DNA of 64,000 bases from Verrucomicrobiota bacterium (GCA_023431185.1 JAEYXS010000121.1:6261-70260), one strand, 5' to 3'; positions 24,137-34,952 are shown, counted from the first letter of the stretch. A program made the numbers and translations. Notes: a model not told the origin generated them from the sequence alone.

Positions 24137-25930
24137 TTAGTTCGCCGCCGCTTCTTCGAGCTGCGGTTCCACCCACTTGCCATGCTCGCGAATGAGTTCC
24201 ACCAGCTTCTCCACGGCATCTGCCTCCGGGATGTTAAACTTCACCGGCGTCTTGCCCACGTAGAGATTGATCTTGTTCGGCGCACCCCCCACGTAACCGA
24301 AGTCCGCATCCGCCATCTCGCCCGGTCCGTTCACGATGCAGCCCATGATCGCGATCTTCACGCCCTTGAGATGTTCCGTGCGCGCCTTGATGCGCGCCGT
24401 GACCGTCTGGAGGTTGAACAATGTGCGGCCGCAGCTCGGGCACGCCACGTAATCCGTCTTGAACGAACGGCAACCCGCCGCCTGCAAAATATTATACGCC
24501 AGCCGCAGCGACTGACCCGCACCCGATTCACCCCGCACGAGGATCGCATCACCGATACCATCCGCCAGCAACGCCCCGATGTTCACCGCTGCGCGCAGCA
24601 ACGCGATGTTCGGATGCAACGGCACCGGCTCAAACGTCAGACAGTCCTTCAGCAAGATCGGATTCTTGCGGCCCAAGCGCTTCAACTGTGCCACCAGCAG
24701 GCGATACGCCGTGATGACCGGCAACTGCACCCCGTCCTTCACTGCCACCAGTTGCGTGTCGCAATTGATCGCTTCGCTGGAGATCTCCTGCGTCGGGTCC
24801 AGTTCGAGGACGTTCAAGTCTTCGTAAACCGCTTCTGGCTTCACGTCCGCCTTGGGCGAAATCTTCGGCGCGACCTTCTCCCAAGTCGCCTTCGTCACCA
24901 CCACGCGCACGGTCTGCTCACCACCGCACTTCACCGTCTCGTTCAGCTCCGTCTCCGGCGTCAGGCGACGTTCATAATGGAACGGATCGAACGGAAATTG
25001 TTTGTCCGTGATAACATGCTTGGTATTCGACAGAATGGGGATCTGCGCCACCAGATCATTGCACACCGCGATCTCACGCGGTGAATCTTCCGTGAGCGAG
25101 ACCCGGATCGTATCACCTAAGCCATCGCACAGCAGCGAGCCGATGCCGATGGCGCTCTTGATACGGCCATCTTCACCCTCGCCCGCTTCCGTCACACCGA
25201 GGTGGATCGGGTAATTCCAATCCGGACCTTCCTTCGCCAGACGCGCCACCAGCAGGCGGTAGCACTCGATCATCACCTTCGGATTGCTCGACTTCATCGA
25301 GAACACGAAGTTATGGAAATCATTCTTCCGGCAGATACGGGCGAATTCCAGCGCACTCTCCACCATGCCCAGTGGCGAATCGCCGTACCGGTTCATGATG
25401 CGGTCGCTCAGCGAGCCGTGGTTCGTGCCGATGCGCATCGCGCGCTTCAGCCGCTTGCACTCCAGCACCAGGGGCGTGAACTTCTCCTCGATACGTTGCA
25501 GCTCCGCCGCATACGCCTCGTCCGTGTATTCCTTCACCGCAAACTTCTTCGAGTCCGCGTAATTGCCCGGATTGATGCGGATCTTCTCCACCCACTTCAC
25601 CGCTTCCATCGCCGCATCCGGCTTGAAATGGATGTCCGCCACGATGGGCACGTTACAACCCTTCGCGCGCAGCTCGGCCACGATGTTCTGCAGGTTCGCC
25701 GCATCCTTCACGGTTGGTGCGGTGATGCGCACGATCTGGCAGCCCACGGCCACCAGCTCCAGCGTCTGCTGCACGCTGAGCGCCGTGTTCATCGTGTCGC
25801 AGGTCAGCATGGACTGCTTCACCACCGGATGATCGCCACCGATTACGACACCGCCATTGGCCGGATCACCCACGACCACTTCACGGGTCTGACGACGCTG
25901 AAAAGAGAAAGGAGAGGAACAATATTGCAT
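24137..25930 (-). CDS. ispG: 4-hydroxy-3-methylbut-2-enyl diphosphate synthase, long form with insert domain
   Basis: GcpE motifs VRITAP, ACPSCGRT and GCIVNGPGE. 597 aa, implying the inserted domain of the long-form enzymes. Confidence 0.9.
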   Translation of the reverse strand: MQYCSSPFSFQRRQTREVVVGDPANGGVVIGGDHPVVKQSMLTCDTMNTALSVQQTLELVAVGCQIVRITAPTVKDAANLQNIVAELRAKGCNVPIVADIHFKPDAAMEAVKWVEKIRINPGNYADSKKFAVKEYTDEAYAAELQRIEEKFTPLVLECKRLKRAMRIGTNHGSLSDRIMNRYGDSPLGMVESALEFARICRKNDFHNFVFSMKSSNPKVMIECYRLLVARLAKEGPDWNYPIHLGVTEAGEGEDGRIKSAIGIGSLLCDGLGDTIRVSLTEDSPREIAVCNDLVAQIPILSNTKHVITDKQFPFDPFHYERRLTPETELNETVKCGGEQTVRVVVTKATWEKVAPKISPKADVKPEAVYEDLNVLELDPTQEISSEAINCDTQLVAVKDGVQLPVITAYRLLVAQLKRLGRKNPILLKDCLTFEPVPLHPNIALLRAAVNIGALLADGIGDAILVRGESGAGQSLRLAYNILQAAGCRSFKTDYVACPSCGRTLFNLQTVTARIKARTEHLKGVKIAIMGCIVNGPGEMADADFGYVGGAPNKINLYVGKTPVKFNIPEADAVEKLVELIREHGKWVEPQLEEAAAN

Positions 25931-25949
25931 GAGCGCTTCGGGAAATTTT

Positions 25950-27362
25950 CTACGGTGCCTGCTGGGGAGCGAACTTCATCTCCTTCGGGGCCTCAGCCTT
26001 GTCCGGCTTCAGGTCCTGCACGTCGTAGAATGACACGTAAAGGATATAGCCGATTACCATGAAGGCACAGGCCTGATAGACCCAGTTCAACACCTTCGGA
26101 CTCACTTCGCGACGGCTGATAAGATTGATCAACGCCAGTGTGATATGACCACCATCCAGCACCGGCACCGGCAACATGTTCATGATGGCCAAATTGATGT
26201 TCAGCACCACGCTGAACCAGATGGCCAGACGCCAGCCCTGATCGCTCTCAAAGAGCAGATAGTAGATGCGCATGATACCCACAGGACCGGAAAGATGCTG
26301 CGGCTTGATATCTGACTTCGGGGAAAACAGCGCGGCAAACGTGCCCACCATGGAATCGATACCGCTGCGGACCTGTTCCACCGGGTTGGGGTGCAACAAT
26401 GACATCTTGCCCATCGCATCCCATTCGATACCTACTTTGGGCTCTTCCCAGCCGATCGGTTTTTCCGGCTTCACTTCCAGCGTCTTCTCCACTCCAGCCC
26501 GCATCAAGGTGACCTGTACCGGATTATTGCTCGCGATCGCCAGTTGCTGGGCCACTCCGGCCGGATGATGCACCGGCACTCCGTTCACCGCGATGATCTC
26601 ATCATTCACCATGATGCCCGCCTTCAACGCCGGACTGTGCTCTACCAACCCGGCCACCATCGGAGTATAGGCCGGCTCAACTCCGATTTGCCGCAGCCCT
26701 TTGCGCTCATAGCTCTTGGTCTCGGGCAGCTTGGGTGCCACCACGAAGTTCGTCACCATGTCGCCCCGTTGCACCTTCACGTTGATCGTCTCACCTTCAC
26801 TGCTGACGATCCGCCACATGATGCTGTGCTTGCTGACGCCGGAGAAACGGTCCACAGGAAACCCGTCGATCTCAAGGATCTTGTCCCCTTGCTTGATGCC
26901 AACCTCGTCCGCCGGGAAATCCTTATGGACATAACCCACCGTGGTGGTCGTCTCCTTCTCGCTCACTGGACGCCCGATGCCCCAAACTATCACTGCAAAC
27001 GCGAATGCCAGCAGCATGCTGAACAGCGGTCCGGCAAAGGCCACGATGATTTTGTCCACCGGCGAAATTTCCGGAAGATTTTCCTTCGGCCCTTCTACCT
27101 TGCCTTCGATGGCTTCCATCGGTGCCATCTGCGGCAGGGATACAAAGCCACCGGCCGGAATACAGCCCAAGCAGTAAGTCACCCCTCCAAATTTCTTCTC
27201 CCAGATCGGCTTGCCGAACCAGATGCCGAACCGGTCCACATGCAACCCGCGCCACTTGGCCGCAAGGAAGTGTCCCAACTCATGGACGATGATCACCAAG
27301 TTGAAGAGCAAAACGACTTCAAACAGGATGAACAAAAATTTTAATACACCAGCTATGCTCAT
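25950..27362 (-). CDS. rseP: RIP site-2 metalloprotease
   Basis: HELGHF zinc motif in TM1, PDZ region, NMLPVPVLDGG motif. Confidence 0.9.
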   Translation of the reverse strand: MSIAGVLKFLFILFEVVLLFNLVIIVHELGHFLAAKWRGLHVDRFGIWFGKPIWEKKFGGVTYCLGCIPAGGFVSLPQMAPMEAIEGKVEGPKENLPEISPVDKIIVAFAGPLFSMLLAFAFAVIVWGIGRPVSEKETTTTVGYVHKDFPADEVGIKQGDKILEIDGFPVDRFSGVSKHSIMWRIVSSEGETINVKVQRGDMVTNFVVAPKLPETKSYERKGLRQIGVEPAYTPMVAGLVEHSPALKAGIMVNDEIIAVNGVPVHHPAGVAQQLAIASNNPVQVTLMRAGVEKTLEVKPEKPIGWEEPKVGIEWDAMGKMSLLHPNPVEQVRSGIDSMVGTFAALFSPKSDIKPQHLSGPVGIMRIYYLLFESDQGWRLAIWFSVVLNINLAIMNMLPVPVLDGGHITLALINLISRREVSPKVLNWVYQACAFMVIGYILYVSFYDVQDLKPDKAEAPKEMKFAPQQAP

Positions 27363-27470
27363 AGGGGTTCCACCACGGATATGCCCGTGGCGTGAATGCC
27401 ACAGGGTTGACTATACCGGCGCTCCGGCGACTGGCAACCTCGTAAAACCACGGAATTGCCTGCCCACCTC

Positions 27471-28619
27471 TCAGCCGCGCGCCGCCTCCTGCCGCGCCCA
27501 AGCGTCGGCTGCAAGTATTTGGTCCAGAGTCGGATGCGATACGACATTATGCGCGTCCATCACCTTCGCAACCAGCCCCGTGATCTGCGGGAAGTTGATT
27601 TGGCGATTTACAAAGGCTTCGACCGCCACTTCATTGGCCGCGTTCAATACCGCTGGCAGAGTTCCACCGACCTCCCCCGCCCGACGCGCAAGTCCCAGCG
27701 CGGGAAAGCGTTCCGTATCCGGCTCTTCAAAGGTCAACGTGCCGATTTTGGCGAAATTCGTCTGCACCCGGTCGCTCCCGATCCGGTTCGGATAGCTCAA
27801 CGCATACTGGATGGGCAGACACATGTCCGGCGTGGAAAGTTGGGCGATGATGGACCCATCCACAAACTCCACCATGGAGTGCACGATGCTCTGCGGGTGC
27901 ACCACCACCTTCACCCGGGGCATCTCGATATCGAAGAGCCACCGCGCCTCGATCATCTCCAACCCCTTGTTGAACAAGGTTGCCGAATCGATCGTGATCT
28001 TCCGCCCCATCACCCAGGAAGGATGCTTGAGCGCCTTCTCCAACGTGATCTCGGTAAACTTCTCCTTCGGCCAAAGTGTCTTGTCCCGGAAAGGACCACC
28101 CGAAGCCGTCAGCCACAAGGCGCGCACCGACGCCGGAGGCTTATCATCCAAGCATTGGAAGATGGCTGAGTGCTCGCTATCCACCGCCAAGACCCGCACG
28201 CCATGCTTGCGGGCCTCGCTCATCACGATCTCGCCCGCCATCACGAGGATTTCCTTGGACGCCACCGCGATATCCTTGCCTGCCCGGATCGCCGCCAGCG
28301 CCGGTTGCAATCCCGCCGTGCCGACAATGGCGATGAGTACGATGTCCGCATCTGGCATCGTCGCCAGCTTGAGCAAACCTTCGTTCCCGCTATGGACTTG
28401 GCACGCCGTGCCCAGCAGGTTCGCCAGTTCCTTGGCCTTAGCCGGGTCCGTGATGGAGATCGCCGCTGGTTTATGCCGACGCGTCTGCTCCAGCAACAAC
28501 TCTACGTTGTTGCCCGCCGCCAGCCCAATGAGCTGAAACTGCTCCGGCAAGTCCTCGGCCACCTTGGTCGTACTGGTGCCGATGGAACCCGTGCTGCCTA
28601 ATAAAACCACTTTCTTCAT
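27471..28619 (-). CDS. dxr: 1-deoxy-D-xylulose 5-phosphate reductoisomerase
   Basis: Start at MKKVVLLGSTGSIGTST (NADPH-binding motif). The ORF-track start at 28652 is 11 codons upstream. Confidence 0.9.
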   Translation of the reverse strand: MKKVVLLGSTGSIGTSTTKVAEDLPEQFQLIGLAAGNNVELLLEQTRRHKPAAISITDPAKAKELANLLGTACQVHSGNEGLLKLATMPDADIVLIAIVGTAGLQPALAAIRAGKDIAVASKEILVMAGEIVMSEARKHGVRVLAVDSEHSAIFQCLDDKPPASVRALWLTASGGPFRDKTLWPKEKFTEITLEKALKHPSWVMGRKITIDSATLFNKGLEMIEARWLFDIEMPRVKVVVHPQSIVHSMVEFVDGSIIAQLSTPDMCLPIQYALSYPNRIGSDRVQTNFAKIGTLTFEEPDTERFPALGLARRAGEVGGTLPAVLNAANEVAVEAFVNRQINFPQITGLVAKVMDAHNVVSHPTLDQILAADAWARQEAARG

Positions 28620-28653
28620 GTGCGAAAAACCCGGCGATAATGCGTACTCCACC

Positions 28654-29595
28654 TCAATGCGTCAAAACATGCCGCAGATAAAGATACATGAGCGGAGCAT
28701 TGAAAAGGATGCTATCCAAGAGGTCCAAGATGCCCCCGATACCCGGAAAGAACGAACCCGAGTCCTTCACCCCCGACTCCCGCTTGAACAGAGACTCGAT
28801 CAAATCCCCAATGACCGCCGAGATGCTCAGAACCACGCCTAGGATGGTCGCATGCATCAGATTCATCCCCGGCAACCGGTCTCCCGCAAAGTGCACAAAC
28901 GCTAGGCTCACCCCCGTCGTGATCACCACCGCCCCGCCAAATCCCTCCCACGTCTTCCCGGGACTTATACGCGGGATCATCTTGTGCTTCCCGATCAGCG
29001 ACCCTGTCACATACGCGCCCAAGTCGCTGAATTTCGTCACCAGAATGAAATACAGCACATACCAGTGTCCATTGTCACCAATGCGCGGGAAGTAATTGAT
29101 CTTCTGCACGAAATTCAGCAGCCACGGCACATACATCAATCCGAACAATGTCGTGGAGATCGCGAGAATGCCCGCTGTGTTCGTCTTGGAGGTGAACTGC
29201 TTCACACACAATCCCAGCACGAAAATAACAAGGATGCTCGTCTCGAAATCGCCCGCCTTGGAAGGTGCTTCCTTTGGCCCCAAATAACCCGACACATAAA
29301 AGAACGTGCTGGCCATCAGCAAAACACCGCCAAAGATGCCCCACCCTTTGAAGCACACGAGCCCGCGCTTCTCCACCATGTTGTAGAACTCCATGAGGCC
29401 CGTCACCGCCAGCACCGTCATGATGAGAAGAAAGAACCAGTCGGAAACGAGCTTGTTCCCGGAGAACAGCGCCAGGATGACCACCGTCCACAGGACTACC
29501 GAACTGAACAGGCGGCGCAAAAAGACCTTACCCTTGCTGGGACCAGGTGCCGGTGCGGGCGACGGCGGAGCCGCCGATGTGTTTGCTTCAGCCAT
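28654..29595 (-). CDS. cdsA: phosphatidate cytidylyltransferase
   Basis: Multi-TM protein. Signature SLFKRESGVKDSGSFFPGIGGILDLLDS. Confidence 0.85.
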   Translation of the reverse strand: MAEANTSAAPPSPAPAPGPSKGKVFLRRLFSSVVLWTVVILALFSGNKLVSDWFFLLIMTVLAVTGLMEFYNMVEKRGLVCFKGWGIFGGVLLMASTFFYVSGYLGPKEAPSKAGDFETSILVIFVLGLCVKQFTSKTNTAGILAISTTLFGLMYVPWLLNFVQKINYFPRIGDNGHWYVLYFILVTKFSDLGAYVTGSLIGKHKMIPRISPGKTWEGFGGAVVITTGVSLAFVHFAGDRLPGMNLMHATILGVVLSISAVIGDLIESLFKRESGVKDSGSFFPGIGGILDLLDSILFNAPLMYLYLRHVLTH

Positions 29596-29755
29596 TTGAC
29601 GGGCCAGACCCTATCTGGCCAGCCAAACCCCTGTCCAGCCCAACACACTCCCGCACCAACCGATAATACCACGCCTCACCATATGCCATCGCTGGAACTC
29701 CTTCTCCAGCAACTGGCGCTTGACGCTCTCCCCGCTCGGGCGCAGTTTCACCCCC

Positions 29756-31072
29756 ATGATTCCCCGCGTCCTGATGGCTGCCTTGCCTTCGCTTCGCACG
29801 TTGCTGTCCCCGTTTCTTTTAAGCACCGGTTGCTTGGCCTTGCTGACTGCTGATCTGGCACAGGCCAGCGACTGGCCGCGCTTCCGGGGTCCGCTAGGCA
29901 ACGGTGTCGCCACCGGGAAAGCGCCAGAGAAATGGTCTGCGACCGAGAACATCCGTTGGCAGGTCGAACTGCCCGGAGCCGGCTCCTCCAGTCCCATCGT
30001 CACCGGCAGCAAGGTGTTCCTCACGTGCTACTCAGGCTATGGTTTGAGCGAAACCAATCCGGGCGAACCAACAGCTTTACGGCGGCACGCACTCTGTCTG
30101 GATCTGGCCACGGGCAAGTTGCTCTGGTCACACGTCGCTGAACCCACCGGCCCACAGACCGCTTACCAAGGCCGCTACATCACCACACATGGTTACGCCT
30201 CCAGCAGCGCGGTGACGGATGGCCAGAACGTCTATTTCTTCCTCGGCGATTCCGGCGTCTTCGCCTTCACCCTCGAAGGCAAGCTCCTGTGGCAAGGCAC
30301 CGTAGGCAGCGCCTCTCACGATTGGGGCTCCGGTGCGTCACCCATCCTTGATGGCGACCTGCTCATCGTGAATGGCGCCTCGGAAAGTGATACATTGGTG
30401 GCTTTCCACAAGCTGACCGGCAAAGAGGTCTGGCGCTACAAAGGCATCCCCCGCGCGTGGAATACCCCGCTCATCATCACCGGTCCCAACCAACGTCGCG
30501 AACTTCTCCTGGCTATCAATGGCCGCGTGTTGGGCATCGATCCACGCACGGGCAAGGAACTCTGGCGGGCGAAGGGCATCGCTGCAGCCGAGCTCTGCCC
30601 CAGTTTCATCGTGCATGATGGCATGGCTTACTTGATCGGTGGACCGAAAGGTGAAGGCATCGCCTTGCGCCTCGGCGGTTCAGGCGATCTGGGTGCCACC
30701 AATGAAGTCTGGCGTGTCCCCAAAGGCTCCAACGTCGGCTCACCCGTACTGAAAGATGGCCATCTGTATTTCGCCAATGACAGCCGGGGCATGCTCTATT
30801 GTGTGAAAGCCGATACCGGCGAAGTGCTCTATGAAGAACGTCTCCCCGGCCGGGGCGACCGCTTTTATGCCTCTCCCCTGTTGGTCGGTGACAAACTGTA
30901 CTACTTGGGCCGCTCTGGTGTGACCTATATCGTGGCGGCCAAACCCAAGTTTGAATTGCTCGGCACCAACTCGCTTGCTGCTGGCAACATCGTCTTCAAT
31001 GCCAGCCCCGCGTTGGTGGATGGAAAACTCCTGATCCGCTCGGACCGCCATCTGTACTGCATCGGCCAGTAA
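29756..31072 (+). CDS. PQQ-like beta-propeller repeat protein, secreted
   Basis: Signal peptide followed by DWPRFRGPLGNG. Repeated propeller motifs (V.GS.VF, DG.LY). Confidence 0.75.
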   Translation: MIPRVLMAALPSLRTLLSPFLLSTGCLALLTADLAQASDWPRFRGPLGNGVATGKAPEKWSATENIRWQVELPGAGSSSPIVTGSKVFLTCYSGYGLSETNPGEPTALRRHALCLDLATGKLLWSHVAEPTGPQTAYQGRYITTHGYASSSAVTDGQNVYFFLGDSGVFAFTLEGKLLWQGTVGSASHDWGSGASPILDGDLLIVNGASESDTLVAFHKLTGKEVWRYKGIPRAWNTPLIITGPNQRRELLLAINGRVLGIDPRTGKELWRAKGIAAAELCPSFIVHDGMAYLIGGPKGEGIALRLGGSGDLGATNEVWRVPKGSNVGSPVLKDGHLYFANDSRGMLYCVKADTGEVLYEERLPGRGDRFYASPLLVGDKLYYLGRSGVTYIVAAKPKFELLGTNSLAAGNIVFNASPALVDGKLLIRSDRHLYCIGQ

Positions 31073-31131
31073 GTCCGGTGGCAGATTCGGGGTTTGACTT
31101 CACCCCGTGAGCTGCTTTTAGCTCTCGGCCT

Positions 31132-31959
31132 ATGTTTTGGAAAACCGCCCTGCTGTTTCTGGCGGCCCTATTGCCGTTCTCCTCGCTGCACGCCGGCACC
31201 TTCGTGCAGTTCCGCACCTCCATCGGCGACATCGAGATCGAACTTTATGATGAGGACAAGCCCGTCACGGTGACGAACTTCCTGTATTATGTGAAGAAGG
31301 GGTACACGAACGATATGTTCATCCACCGGTTCGTGCCGAACTTCGTGATCCAAGGCGGCCTGTCCTACGTCGCAAACCGCCAGACCTCCCCATCCCTGCA
31401 ATACATCCCCACCAGACCGGCGATCGTGAACGAATACAGTGTCGGGCGGACCTTCAGCAACACGAACGGCACTATCGCGATGGCCCGCGTAGGCGGGGTG
31501 GTGAATTCCGCCACGTCACAATGGTTCATCAACTTGGGTGACAACTCGGGTTTGGATAACGTAGATGGCGGCTTCACCGTCTTTGGCCGGACCATCCGGG
31601 GCTTCGATGTGCTGGCTTCATTCTCTTCCAACTCACCACAAAAAATTTGGCGCTACTCCCTCGGCAGCCAGCCTTTCACCGAACTTCCGGCGACCCGTTT
31701 CACCACTGGAAATCTTACTTATGACGATCTGGTTTACGTGGATATCACCCTGCTCAACGTTCGTCTCACCGACATTGGCACGGGGAAGCAGATTGTTTGG
31801 CGTAGTGTGAAGGACAAGGTGAACTACGTGGAATACACCACGGTCTTTCCACCGGTCTGGCAAGCACTCACCAGTCCGACCGGCACAGGCAATGACATGA
31901 TGGTGACGGATAATTCCGGCGATACCAGGCGTTTCTACCGCATCCGCGTGGAATACTGA
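31132..31959 (+). CDS. cyclophilin-type peptidyl-prolyl isomerase with C-terminal extension
   Basis: TVTNFLYYV, FHRFVPNFVIQGG, GTIAMAR, SQWFINL and FTVFGR. Confidence 0.85.
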   Translation: MFWKTALLFLAALLPFSSLHAGTFVQFRTSIGDIEIELYDEDKPVTVTNFLYYVKKGYTNDMFIHRFVPNFVIQGGLSYVANRQTSPSLQYIPTRPAIVNEYSVGRTFSNTNGTIAMARVGGVVNSATSQWFINLGDNSGLDNVDGGFTVFGRTIRGFDVLASFSSNSPQKIWRYSLGSQPFTELPATRFTTGNLTYDDLVYVDITLLNVRLTDIGTGKQIVWRSVKDKVNYVEYTTVFPPVWQALTSPTGTGNDMMVTDNSGDTRRFYRIRVEY

Positions 31960-32036
31960 ACCGTTCACTGAAAATCCGCACTTCCCCTGCCCGCCTGCTT
32001 GGTGTTTAGATTTCCCCCGATTCGATTCTTTCGACT

Positions 32037-32966
32037 ATGAGCAAGACTGCATTGTTATTCGCGGGCCAGGGTGCCCAGGCCGTAGGCATGGGCAAAGACC
32101 TCGCCGAACAGTTTCCCACCGCCAGGGCTTTGTTTGAAAAGGCCAATTCGGTGCTGGGCTATGACCTCGCCACTATCTGCTTCAATGGACCTGAAGCCGA
32201 GCTGACCAAGACGGAAAATGCCCAGCCCGGCATCTATCTCGTGAGCTGGGTCGCCCTGCAATTGATCAAGGAGAAAGTGCCTTCACTGAAGTTCGAAGCC
32301 ACTGCCGGTTTGTCCCTCGGTGAATTCACGGCCTTGGCGGCGGCGGGCGTGATGAGTTTTGAAGACGGCCTGAAAGTCGTCCAGCAGCGCGGTCGCTTCA
32401 TGCAAGAAGCTTGCGAAGCTACCCAAGGCGGCATGGCGGCCATCATCGGTCTGGATGAAGGCCCCACACGTGAAGCCTGCCAGGAAGCTGGCGTCGTCCT
32501 CGCAAACCTTAACTGCCCCGGCCAGCTCGTCATCTCCGGCCCCGCAGACAAGATCAACCAAGCTTGCGAAGCGGCCAAGGCCAAAGGTGCCAAACGCGCC
32601 ATCCCCCTGACTGTCGCCGGTGCCTATCACTCGCCGCTTATGGCCAGTGCGCAACCGAAGCTGAAAGACGCGCTCGCACAGATCCCCATCAACCGTCCTG
32701 CCGTGCCGGTCATTGGGAATGTCCGGGCCCTGCCTCATGGTGAACCGGCAGAGATCCATCAACTGCTCGTCGATCAGGTGACTTCTTCCGTTCGTTGGGA
32801 AGAGTCCATCCGTTACCTGCTCGCGCAAGGCTTCACCCGCTTCATCGAACTGGGGCCCGGCACCGCCCTCACCGGCTTCATGAAGCGCATCGACAAGACC
32901 GCGCAAGTGCTGAATGTGGCCGATGCCGCCAGTCTTGAAGCAACGGCCAAGGCCCTGACGACTTAA
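32037..32966 (+). CDS. fabD: malonyl CoA-ACP transacylase
   Basis: FAGQGAQ and GLSLGEF (active-site Ser). 309 aa. Confidence 0.9.
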   Translation: MSKTALLFAGQGAQAVGMGKDLAEQFPTARALFEKANSVLGYDLATICFNGPEAELTKTENAQPGIYLVSWVALQLIKEKVPSLKFEATAGLSLGEFTALAAAGVMSFEDGLKVVQQRGRFMQEACEATQGGMAAIIGLDEGPTREACQEAGVVLANLNCPGQLVISGPADKINQACEAAKAKGAKRAIPLTVAGAYHSPLMASAQPKLKDALAQIPINRPAVPVIGNVRALPHGEPAEIHQLLVDQVTSSVRWEESIRYLLAQGFTRFIELGPGTALTGFMKRIDKTAQVLNVADAASLEATAKALTT

Positions 32967-32992
32967 GCGATCACCTGAAACACCCTTCTGCG

Positions 32993-33031
32993 AACAGCGC
33001 GAAGCGAGGTTTCGTTTCGCGCTGTTTTTTA
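32993..33031 (+). terminator. intrinsic terminator after fabD
   Basis: Perfect 11-bp stem AACAGCGCGAA / TTCGCGCTGTT with a 12-nt loop, followed by TTTT. Confidence 0.8.
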
Positions 33032-33116
33032 TTATCTGCCAGTCGCCCTAAAGCGCCCCCCGTTCCTTCTTCCTTGCCTCCCTTACGCATCCCGCCATTA
33101 TCTCCACCCTGTAAAA

Positions 33117-34904
33117 ATGGCCGTGATAACGAACATTTCGACGTATCAGTTTGCCGAACTAAGCGACCTCAAGTTGTTGCGGGAGAAACTCCGTAACCAA
33201 TGCAACGACCGTGGTCTCAAAGGCACCATTCTGCTCAGCACGGAAGGCATCAACATGTTCGTCGCCGGTGCCCGTGCGGATATCGATGAACTCATCGCCG
33301 GCCTGCGCGCCATTCCCGGCCTGGAAAACCTCACGCCGAAGTACAGCGAGAGCGAGCACCAGCCCTTCTCCCGCATGCTTGTGCGCATCAAGAAGGAGAT
33401 CATCGCCTTCGGCGTCGAAGGCATCAATCCCGCCCGCCGCACCTCACCCAAGCTCACCGCGAAAGAACTAAAGCAATGGCTGGATGAAGGCCGCCCCGTC
33501 ACTTTGCTCGATACGCGCAACGATTACGAAGTGAAGCTCGGCACGTTCCGCAATGCTCTGCCCATCGGCATCGATAATTTCCGCCAATTCCCCGAGGCCG
33601 TACGCCAGCTCCCCGCCAGCATGAAGGAACAGCCCATCGTCATGTTCTGCACCGGCGGTATCCGTTGCGAAAAAGCCGGTCCCTTCATGGAGCGCGAAGG
33701 TTTCTCCAAGATCTACCAGCTCGATGGCGGCATCTTGAAATACTTCGAGGAATGCGGTGGCGACCATTACGACGGCGAGTGCTTCGTCTTCGATCAACGC
33801 GTGGGCGTGGACCCCGCCTTGCGCGAGACCGATTCCACGCAATGCTTCAACTGCCTCACACCCCTCACCGAGGCCGATCAGGAAGACGCGCGCTACGTCC
33901 CCTCCAAGTCCTGCCCCTACTGCTTCAAGACCAGCGAGCAGCAGATGGCCGAGAATATCGCGCAACGCCACGCCGCCATCCGTAAGGCCACCACACCCCT
34001 GCCCGGCAGCCTCGCCTACGATAACTACCGCCCCGTCAGTGTGCCCTCCACTTGCGATGGTCTGACCGTCCTCGATTTTCTCGGCACCATCCTCGATCAC
34101 ATCTCGCGTGAAGAATGGCTCGGCACCCTCTCCCAAGGCCGCATCCTGAACCACCTGCGCCTGCCCGTGACGGCGGAACATATCGTCCGCACTGGTGAGC
34201 GCTATCTACACCTGCTCCCTGCCATCACGGAACCCGATGTGAATGCCGACATCCGCATCTTGCATGAGGATGAGGCCATCATCGTGGTGGAGAAGCCCGC
34301 ACCCCTGCCCTTGCATCCCAGCGGCCGCTACAATCGCAACACGCTGCAATCCATTTTACACACCGTCTATCATCCGCAGAAGCCGCGTCCCGGCCATCGC
34401 CTCGATGCCAACACGAGCGGCGTAGTAGTCTTCACCCGCACCCGCCATTTCGCCGGCAAGCTCCAGCCACAGTTCGCCCGCGGTGAAGTGGAAAAAATCT
34501 ACCTCGTCAAAGCCCTCGGCCATCCGGCCGCAGATTCTTTTCACTGCGATGCCCCCATCAGCACCGAGCCCGGTGAAGTCGGCAATCGCGAAGTGGATGA
34601 AGCCAACGGCCTGCCTTCCCGCACGGAATTCAAAGTCATCGAGCGTCTCGCCGATGGCACTTCCCTGCTGGAAGCGCGTCCCCTGACCGGCCGCACCAAC
34701 CAGATCCGCGTGCACCTCTGGGAACTCGGCCTCCCCATCTGCGGTGATCAGGTATATCTCCCCGGCAAGAAACTCGGTGACGTTCAAACCATCACCATCG
34801 AGGATCAGCCGCTCTGCCTCCATGCGTGGAAACTCAGCTTCAAACACCCGCTGCTCCATCAGCGCGTCACGTACGAGACCAGCAAGCCCGCCTGGGCAGG
34901 CTAA
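33117..34904 (+). CDS. fusion protein: TrhO/YceA-like rhodanese domain (tRNA U34 hydroxylase family) + RluA-family pseudouridine synthase
   Basis: N-terminal half has STEGINMFVAG and MFCTGGIRCEKA (E. coli YceA has MYCTGGIRCEKA, from memory) plus a Cys-rich tail. C-terminal half has HRLDANTSGVVVF, the RluA-type catalytic Asp motif. Confidence 0.8.
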   Translation: MAVITNISTYQFAELSDLKLLREKLRNQCNDRGLKGTILLSTEGINMFVAGARADIDELIAGLRAIPGLENLTPKYSESEHQPFSRMLVRIKKEIIAFGVEGINPARRTSPKLTAKELKQWLDEGRPVTLLDTRNDYEVKLGTFRNALPIGIDNFRQFPEAVRQLPASMKEQPIVMFCTGGIRCEKAGPFMEREGFSKIYQLDGGILKYFEECGGDHYDGECFVFDQRVGVDPALRETDSTQCFNCLTPLTEADQEDARYVPSKSCPYCFKTSEQQMAENIAQRHAAIRKATTPLPGSLAYDNYRPVSVPSTCDGLTVLDFLGTILDHISREEWLGTLSQGRILNHLRLPVTAEHIVRTGERYLHLLPAITEPDVNADIRILHEDEAIIVVEKPAPLPLHPSGRYNRNTLQSILHTVYHPQKPRPGHRLDANTSGVVVFTRTRHFAGKLQPQFARGEVEKIYLVKALGHPAADSFHCDAPISTEPGEVGNREVDEANGLPSRTEFKVIERLADGTSLLEARPLTGRTNQIRVHLWELGLPICGDQVYLPGKKLGDVQTITIEDQPLCLHAWKLSFKHPLLHQRVTYETSKPAWAG

Positions 34905-34952
34905 CACCGAACACACTGCGATTTCTGCAGCAGTGACGCCCACATTACGGCC

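Noticed and set aside
31088-31107. Hairpin CGGGGT-ttgacttc-ACCCCG after the PQQ-propeller gene, as a possible terminator
   Set aside because: The stem is only 6 bp and no adjacent U-tract follows. This is too weak to call.
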